This document shows, one piece after another, positions 57,449 to 64,000 of a stretch of DNA of 64,000 nt (positions within the stretch are counted from its first letter, which is position 1; each line of letters opens with the position of its first letter). The notes below the pieces were generated by a model. That model was not told the DNA's origin and did not search any database. It saw only the letters and a list, made by a program, of their open reading frames with translations. The position numbers and the translations under genes were made by a program. The stretch is from an uncultured Verrucomicrobiae bacterium. GTDB lineage: Bacteria > Verrucomicrobiota > Verrucomicrobiia > Limisphaerales > UBA11358. The stretch covers positions 10,495 to 74,494 of the forward strand of contig CAWBJE010000001.1 of assembly GCA_963789055.1 (NCBI GenBank). Reading direction: 5' to 3'.

Positions 57449-58921
57449 TCAGCTTGCTTTCAGATTGCCTTCGGCCTGCTTCGCCTGAATCTTGGTTTTG
57501 AGTTCAACCAGCGTTGCCTTTGGAATGCGCTCGCTGAATTCCTCTTTGAGCGATTGCCGGTCGTCAAACTCATCTGGGAAAACTTCCCGGTTCATCGCTT
57601 CTTTGGCGCAAGCGTGAAACTTATTCAGCGGCACAATTTGAACCGTCTCGTTCAATTGGCCCCAAAACACTTCCAGCGGGTCTTTCGACGCCCACCACGG
57701 ATAGTTGTAATTCGCTTTCGCTTGAGCGATGGCTTTCTTATTCGTACCACTCACGGACTGAGCCAGAATTTCTGGTAACGGGAACGGGTTAACTTTGGAT
57801 GCGGGTAATTCAGAGAATACAACCTTCTGTGCCATGTTTGCGGAATGCTGGTCGCGCAAATGGCCGTAGGTCTTCATGGCAAGCGCACCTCCGTCTTTGT
57901 GACCAAGCCAGCGGGAAACTGTGGGAATGTCCACGCCCGATTCGATACAGCGAGTTGCAAACAAGTGGCGCAGATCATGATGGGTGAACCGCGCGATGCC
58001 GAGCGATTTGCACGCTGAATTGATAGCACCCTGGCATTCGTGGACGCGCATGAGGGGATTGGCCAAGAATTCCTTTTCGCCCCGTTCGTCCCGAATCCGT
58101 TCCAGCAAGCGGCGCATATCGGGAATCATCGGGACACGGCGGATTTCCCAATTCTTCGTGCCGGTTACGGGGTCGCCCAAAACCGTGATTTCGCCTTTCT
58201 CAAAGTCACAATCCCGCCCGTGGACACGAGCCGCTTCGCCTTTGCGGCAACCGCTGTAGGCTAGAAACTCAACAAGGTCGGCACATTTCTTGCCCCATGC
58301 GCCATCGGTTTTTCGGATGGCCACAACCAGTTCGGGAAACTTTTCCTGGCTCGGAAGCTGTAAAAGTTTCTGGCGAATCTTTTTCCGCTTAATGTGGACC
58401 GCCGGGTTGTCATACCGCGCACCCGCCTCAACGGCGATGTCCAGAATTAGTTTGAGCGTGCCGACGGTGTTGTTGAAGGCTGATGGGCTTGCCGTCTTTC
58501 CGAAACGTGCTGCCCACGCAAGGCAATCGGCTTTGGAGATTTTAGAAACGTCGGTTTGTTCCAAATCGGGCCACGATTTCAGAAGGGCGGCGATGCGTTC
58601 TTCACGAAAGGTCTTGCTTCGCTCCTTTAAGGAGTAATCGCCTTTGAGACGCTCGTGGTAGGTTTCCAGCGCAGCACCAAAGGTCATCTTTCCTCGCGCA
58701 ACGGCTTTGTGAGCGGCAGCGCGTTGGCGTTCCTCTTTGTGAAAATCACCCAGGCGCAACTTGGCGACGCTGATCCGGTCGGTCTTGAGGGATTTCCAAA
58801 TCAGCTTGCCGCGAACGCGGATTCGCGCATAATAGTTTCCTGATTGAACGTGGCGCACGAGATTGGCCACTGGCGTTTTTTGCCAGCGTGATTCTGTTTT
58901 ATCTGATGAATTGGTCTTCAT
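57449..58921 (-). CDS. int: Tyrosine recombinase/integrase with C-terminal extension
   Basis: SGCRKGE, TKN, HDLRH, WLGH, KTYGH catalytic residues; N-terminal arm-binding YYARIRVRGK. Confidence 0.95.
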   Translation of the reverse strand: MKTNSSDKTESRWQKTPVANLVRHVQSGNYYARIRVRGKLIWKSLKTDRISVAKLRLGDFHKEERQRAAAHKAVARGKMTFGAALETYHERLKGDYSLKERSKTFREERIAALLKSWPDLEQTDVSKISKADCLAWAARFGKTASPSAFNNTVGTLKLILDIAVEAGARYDNPAVHIKRKKIRQKLLQLPSQEKFPELVVAIRKTDGAWGKKCADLVEFLAYSGCRKGEAARVHGRDCDFEKGEITVLGDPVTGTKNWEIRRVPMIPDMRRLLERIRDERGEKEFLANPLMRVHECQGAINSACKSLGIARFTHHDLRHLFATRCIESGVDIPTVSRWLGHKDGGALAMKTYGHLRDQHSANMAQKVVFSELPASKVNPFPLPEILAQSVSGTNKKAIAQAKANYNYPWWASKDPLEVFWGQLNETVQIVPLNKFHACAKEAMNREVFPDEFDDRQSLKEEFSERIPKATLVELKTKIQAKQAEGNLKAS

Positions 58922-58927
58922 GCAGAT

Positions 58928-58956
58928 AGTATAGAATACAAGTATAGAAATCGCAA
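58928..58956 (-). promoter_or_regulatory. Leaderless integrase promoter overlapping the arm-type repeats
   Basis: TTGCGA-N17-TATACT-N6-ATG; the -10 lies inside an AGTATAGAA repeat. Confidence 0.7.
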
Positions 58957-59005
58957 GTTACAAAATCGCAATAAAGCGGATATAGTCAATAAAATCAATA
59001 CGAGC

Positions 59006-59095
59006 GGAAGGGTGGCTGAGTGGTTGAAGGCACCTGACTCGAAATCAGGCTTAGGAGCAATCCTAACGTGGGTTCGAATCCCACCCCTTCCGCCA
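59006..59095 (+). tRNA. tRNA-Ser(CGA)
   Basis: GGAAGGG/CCCTTCC acceptor stem, anticodon arm CCTGA-CTCGAAA-TCAGG, long variable arm, GGTTCGAATCC, CCA. Confidence 0.97.
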
Positions 59096-59314
59096 ATCTG
59101 ATTTTTGCGACAGCTGGTGCTGTCCCGCCAAATCCATTCATTTGGCGATAAGTAATTCTCCCCCAGCCGCTTTTAGAACCGCTTGACCGCAGGGCACAAA
59201 TGGGGATTCCGGCCAAGGCCAACTCCAGCCGTATTGGGCTTTGACAATTTGAATAGTTGCTGTAATAATCTCAATTAGACAATCACAAGGTGGATCGTCA
59301 GTAATTTTTGCGCC

Positions 59315-60173
59315 GTGAACACGTTGCCGGTTTCACCAACTTCAGCATTCGCCGGCGGGGCGAAAGGGGTGGGGTTTACCCTGATCGAATTGCTGGTGGT
59401 GATTGCCATTATTGGCATCCTGTCGGCGATATTGTTGCCGGCATTGTCCCGGGCCAAAGGACGGGCCCAGGGCATCCTTTGTCTTAACAATACCAAACAA
59501 CTTACCCTGGGCTGGCATATGTATGCGGACGAGTTACGAAGACCAGCTGCCGTACAACCTGGGCATGGCCGGGGCGGCGTATCGCACCCCGCTCAACTGG
59601 GTCAATAATGTCATGACCTGGGGGCTTGATTCGGACAATACCAACATCGCCACCATCACCGAGGCGAGTCTCGGACCGTTTGTCAGCCAGGGGACGGCCA
59701 TTTACCGTTGTCCCTCCGACCACGTCGTCAGCCCGACTCAAAGCGCTGCCGGCTGGGACGGGCGCATCCGGAGTTATTCCATGAACGCGATGGTCGGCAA
59801 TGCCGGCGAATTTTCCACCAACGGATACAACATCAACAACCCCGATTACGTGCAATTTTTCAAAATCACGCAGATTCCGCAGCCCACCGAAATTTTTGTG
59901 TTTCTCGACGAGCATCCGGACAGCATCAACGACGGCTATTTTCTCGAACGCGGTTATTATCCGGAATGGCACGATCTGCCCGCCACCTATCACAACGGCG
60001 CAACGGCGTTTTCGTTTGCCGACGGACACAGCTCGCTGCACCGCTGGACGCAACCAACCACCGTCCGTCCGCCGCGACCGGACGCCGCGAACCTCCCCAT
60101 TCCCGTTCCTGCCAACCGGAAGACCGACTTGGAGTGGGTGCTCGATCACATGAGCGTGGACAACAATAACTGA
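59315..60173 (+). CDS. Prepilin-type N-methylation protein with H-X9-DG motif; frameshift near 59533
   Basis: [49 protein letters not shown]. Confidence 0.88.
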
Positions 60174-60187
60174 CGGCCGGCCGACGC

Positions 60188-60944
60188 TCACAAATACTGC
60201 CGCAGGGTTTGTTCGTCTCCTTCCATTCCCAGCACGTACAGCTTGTCGCCTTCCGTCCACGTCACCGTCATGAGTTTGTTGACGCGGGCAAACTGGCGCG
60301 AACCCGCCGGCGGCGCATTTTTGACGGCGGCGCGGTCAATGACAAACAGCCAGAGATCGCTCTGCTGTTCCGGTGGCAGCGGCTTGCCGGTGCGGAAACA
60401 AATCATCGAAACTTTTGCGCTTTGCCAGCTTTCAATCGCGCAGCCGGTCACGGCGGTTTTTGCCAAAGGCGCGGGCAAAACATAATCCGCCGGCGCCTGA
60501 TTTTGCGCGAGAAAGTCACGAACTGGCGGCCGGATTATTCGTCGCCAGATCCATGGTGTAGCCGCGCAGCGCGACGCCCGCCATCCGGCTTCGGTAAATG
60601 GCAAACGTTTCTTCACTTCGCGGTGCGGGAACCAGAGCGGCGCCAGGACAACCAGCACCGCAACGACCGCCGCCGTCGCGAGCATTGCATTCTGCCGCCG
60701 GGAAGCGGATTTTTCCTGTGCCGCCTGTTCGGAAATGATTTGCTCCTTCAATCCGGCGGGCGCGGTGATTTTCCGGAATCCGGCGCGCAACGTCTCCTGC
60801 CGCGCGCAATGTTCCACCAGCCAGCGCGTCAGTTCCGGATCCTGCTTTGCCAATTCGAGCGCTTCGGCGATTTGTGGATCGCTGGCGTCCGCCGTTCCCG
60901 GGCCGGTAGAGCAGCAAAATGGTTTTGGCTTCGTCGCGGTTCAT
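60188..60944 (-). CDS. Anti-sigma factor (single TM), frameshifted
   Basis: MNRDEAKTILLLYRPG..DPELTRWL..APAGLKEQII, TM segment; ATGA overlap with the ECF gene. Confidence 0.7.
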
Positions 60945-61462
60945 AAATTTGGCGGCTGGGGTGGCGCGTTGGTGGCGCCGGTCAGCAGTTGGTGCAGCCG
61001 TCCGAGGCCGCGGGTGAGGCGCGATTTGACGGTGCCGAGCGGCACGTCAAGAATTTCGGCAATCTCGTTGTAGGAACAATCCTGCAGATAAAACAACGCG
61101 ACGGGCGCCTGATAAATTTCATCCAGCCGCGCCAGGGCATCGAGCGCCTGTCCGGCGTCGAGACGGTTGACGGTGGCCGGCGACACGACGGGAAGTTCCG
61201 CCGCCGCCTGCTCCAGTTCGACATGCGGGAAGCGCGTCTGTCTTCGCCGCGAGCCGAGAAATTCGCGGTGGAGGGTGGTGAACAGCCAGGTTTTCACTTT
61301 GGATGCGTCGCGCAATTGGTGGCCTTTGGCCGCCCAAATGCAAAAGGTTTGTTGTGTGAGGTCACAGGCGTCCGATTCGTCACGCGCCAGACTGAAGGCA
61401 AACTGGTACAGCGGCTCGTAATAACAAGCCACCAACCTCTCAAAATCCAGGCCTTCAGCCAT
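60941..61462 (-). CDS. ECF sigma-70 factor
   Basis: DACDLTQQTF, KTWLFTTL, SYNEIAEILDVPLGTVKSRL. Confidence 0.93.
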   Translation of the reverse strand: MAEGLDFERLVACYYEPLYQFAFSLARDESDACDLTQQTFCIWAAKGHQLRDASKVKTWLFTTLHREFLGSRRRQTRFPHVELEQAAAELPVVSPATVNRLDAGQALDALARLDEIYQAPVALFYLQDCSYNEIAEILDVPLGTVKSRLTRGLGRLHQLLTGATNAPPQPPNL

Positions 61463-61495
61463 ATCGCAACATCGAAGTTAAGAGTCCTTACCTGT

Positions 61496-61528
61496 CATTT
61501 GTTCCCGGAAATCTGCCGGGAACAAATG
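61496..61528. promoter_or_regulatory. Back-to-back ECF-type promoters (13-bp inverted repeat with GGAAC)
   Basis: CATTTGTTCCCGG-N7-CCGGGAACAAATG. Confidence 0.6.
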
Positions 61529-61664
61529 TCATCCTTGTCCATCTCACTTGCAAATGGGAGTGAAATTTTCACTCAAAACAGAATGATTTGGCCGTCGGCG
61601 CTGGGCACCCAAATGCAGCGACTGCGATCAGTTGACCGGCCAACAAGGAATTCAAGGAGGTGTT

Positions 61665-62544
61665 ATGAATGTGATACGTTATTTATTCAAAGTAGCGCTT
61701 GTGAGCGCAGCGGTTGTGATTTGCGGCAGCCCACTTTCCGGTTTTGCCGCGATGTCACCAATGTGACGGTGGGAGTCGGCAGCTCGACTGATTTTCATTC
61801 CCGCCACAACCAACATCAACGTCGGCGACCAGGTGATATGGACTTGGGCTGGCAGCAACCACTCCACGACCAGCGGCACGAATGACGTGCCAGCGGATTG
61901 TGGGATTCGGATCGTGCATCAATAGCCCGCTCCACATTTACCAACACATTCACTTCCGCAGGCACTTTCCGATATTATTGCTCCATACATTGTCAGCTTC
62001 GGCATGACCGGCGCCGTGATTGTCGCCGCCGCCAATCTGCCGCCGACCGTTTCCATCACCAATCCGGCGTCCGGCACGGTCTTCGCCGCGCCCGCCAACG
62101 TCACCATCCAGGCTTCGGCCTCGGACAGCGACGGCACGGTCACCAACGTGCAATTCCTGGTTGACGCCAACATTTGGCCAACGTCACCGCCGCTCCCTTT
62201 TCCGCCGTCACCAACAACCTGGCGGCGGGCAGCTCATACCCTTTCCGCCATCGCCTCGGACAACAACGGCGCCACCGCCACCAACTCGGTCTCCATCAGC
62301 GTCGTCACTCCGGTGACAGTGCTGCTCAGTGCGCCGCAAGCCGGTGCCGCCCGGGAAATTCAGGTTCAGTTACACGGCGAATGCCGGGCTGAATTACATC
62401 GTCCAACGTTCCACCAATCTGCTTTCGCCCAATTGGACCACCCTCGTCACCAACACGGCGGCCAGTGGCTCAATCAATTTCACGGACCTGAACGCGACGG
62501 TCAATCCGGGCTTTTACCGGGTCGGACGTCTGCCGAATCCGTGA
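61665..62544 (+). CDS. Secreted cupredoxin + Ig-like (Big) domain + C-terminal 'FYR' module; frameshifted
   Basis: AAGGAGG SD, signal peptide, VGDQVIWTW..NHSTT, YYCSIH..GMTG type-1 Cu ligands, NLPPTVSITNP..ASDSDG, tail YIVQRSTNLLSPNW...GFYR. Confidence 0.78.
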
Positions 62545-62592
62545 TTGTCATAAAAACGCTGGAACACGGCGAAAGAATCATGACATGAAAAT

Positions 62593-63518
62593 ATGAGACT
62601 GCGGGGATTATTCATCAGCGTATTGCTGTTCGTTTTGTTGATGTTGATTGCTGTGCGGTGCGAAATCCGCCGGGTCGCTCCCATTATCCAGCGAGGGAGG
62701 CAACCAACCGCGGACATTCGTGGCCAAAGGAACGGTGATGGAACTCAAACCGGACGCCCGGACGGTGGTTATCCGGCACGAAGCCATTTCCAATTACATG
62801 GCTGCCATGACCATGCCGTTCAAGGTGAAGGAACCCAAAGAACTGGCCGGTCTGCACGCGGCGATGAGATTTCGTTCCAGCTTCAGGTCACGGAAACGGA
62901 AAGCTGGGTGGACCACATCGCCAAAATCGGGACGGTTTCGCTGCCGCCCGCTCCGGCCCCGACCGCTTCACCGGCCGCCCGGCCGAATCATCCGTTGCTG
63001 GATTACAAATTCACCAATGAACTGGGCCAGGCGGTGAGCTTGAACGATTTTCGCGGGCAGGCGCTGGCCATCACTTTTTTTTACACCCGCTGTCCGCTGC
63101 CCGATTATTGCCCGCGGCTGTCAAAAAATTTCCAGGAGGCGCAGCAGAAACTCGAAACCCTGGCCCGGCGCTCCCACCAACTGGCATCTGCTTTCCATTT
63201 CCTTTGACACGGAATTTGATTCGCCGCCGATGCTGAAGGCGTATGGCGACAGTTATCAATATGATCCGAAGCACTGGAGTTTTCTGACCGGGCCCGGCGG
63301 ACAAGATCGGCGAACTCGCCCGGCAGGCCGGCGTCACTTATCAATACAATGCCGGCACCTTCAACCACGATTTTCGCACGCTCATCATCGACGCCGCCGG
63401 CCATTTGCAGATGGTTTTTCCAACGAGCGGCGACCTTTCCGACCAGATTGTCGCCGAAATCATCAAGGCCGCCGCCGCCACCAACGCGCCGGATGCCGCC
63501 GGCAATCAAAAACATTGA
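62593..63518 (+). CDS. CusF-like copper-binding domain fused to SCO/SenC domain; frameshifted
   Basis: IRHEAISNYMAAMTMPF, FTNELGQ, FFYTRCPLPDYCPRL, SISFD, HDFRT. Confidence 0.8.
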
Positions 63519-64000
63519 AACGGAAACAAACATGGGCCGCCGTGATCGCTTTGTGCGCTGGGAAGCAGCGCGGCGTTTTTTTTGAATTCGTGCTCCACCA
63601 TGCCGGCGGCCGTGGTCGCGCCGCTTGAAATTCCCGGCGCGCATTACGTCGGCAACCACGCCTGTTTCGAGTGCCACACCAACATCACCCGCCAATTCGA
63701 AGCCAGCCCGCACGCCCATTTGTACCTGGAAAACGCCGGCCTGAAGGACGGCACCGGCTGCGAATCCTGCCATGGGCCGGGCAGCAAACACGTGGAGGCG
63801 GGCGGCGGCGTCGGTCAAATTCATCATCAACCCGGGCCGTGACGCCGGACGCCTGTTTTCGCTGCCATCTCGCGACCCGCGGCGGAATTTGAATTGCCGG
63901 TTCATCATCCCGTCATTGAAGGCCACATGAACTGTGTCCAATGCCATGATCCGCACGGCGAGGACATTTTCAAACCGGAAGGGGGGCTGGCCATGGCGCA
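63515..64000 (+). CDS. Multiheme cytochrome c, DmsE/MtrA-like (partial, frameshifted)
   Basis: CFECH, CESCHGPGS, CFRCH, HHPVIEG..CVQCHDPHG; truncated by the window end. Confidence 0.8.

Larger units (their letters stand above)
39380..59045. mobile_element. Integrative mobilizable element (~19.6 kb) inserted in tRNA-Ser(CGA)
   Basis: 42-bp perfect direct repeats 39380-39421 and 59004-59045; terminal tyrosine integrase, excisionase, MOBF relaxase; no T4SS or coupling protein seen. Confidence 0.93.

Noticed and set aside
39380..59045. Self-transmissible ICE or prophage
   Set aside because: No VirB4, coupling protein, capsid or terminase genes; it is mobilizable only.
5207..64000. Many frameshifts as programmed recoding or mass pseudogenisation
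   Set aside because: The indels cluster in patches (6.6-8.8, 22.7-23.3, 32.7-34.9, 49.8-52.7 and 59.5-64 kb), often at homopolymers, and hit core genes such as mqnE. Long-read error is the simpler explanation. This cannot be settled without the reads.

Overview
GC-rich bacterial chromosome segment. Gene content (H-X9-DG prepilin protein, ECF plus Ser/Thr kinase pair, DUF3568, 'FYR'-tailed secreted proteins) suggests Verrucomicrobia of the Pedosphaera/Limisphaera type; this is inference. Many genes carry clustered single-base frameshifts that look like long-read errors, so the split ORFs are mostly single genes. The left two-thirds contains: an AAA/DUF4143 ATPase, a B12-radical SAM enzyme, comM, LamG/GH115 glycan genes, an unusual NRPS-like operon, a CusRS-like operon with a copper box, a small accessory island (Kelch protein, PIN-like protein, DUF433/DUF5615 TA pair, lipoprotein hydrolase), lrp-aminotransferase, mqnE, ECF-STK and tRNA-Thr. 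Positions 39380-59045 hold a ~19.6 kb integrative mobilizable element (tyrosine integrase, excisionase, MOBF relaxase, no T4SS). It is integrated in tRNA-Ser(CGA) with a duplication of the tRNA 5' half, and it carries a giant secreted RCC1/alpha-beta-hydrolase protein followed by candidate immunity genes. The right end holds a prepilin-like gene, an ECF/anti-sigma pair and a cupredoxin-SCO-multiheme cytochrome operon. The most notable observations are: (i) a shared ~65-aa C-terminal 'Y-x-V-Q-x-S-x-[ND]-L...W...FYR' module on three unrelated secreted proteins, a candidate sorting signal; (ii) the mobile toxin/immunity-like cassette; (iii) the reversed tRNA integration geometry, with arm sites overlapping a leaderless integrase promoter; (iv) REP-like palindromes inserted in frame inside GH115, MqnE and the kinase.
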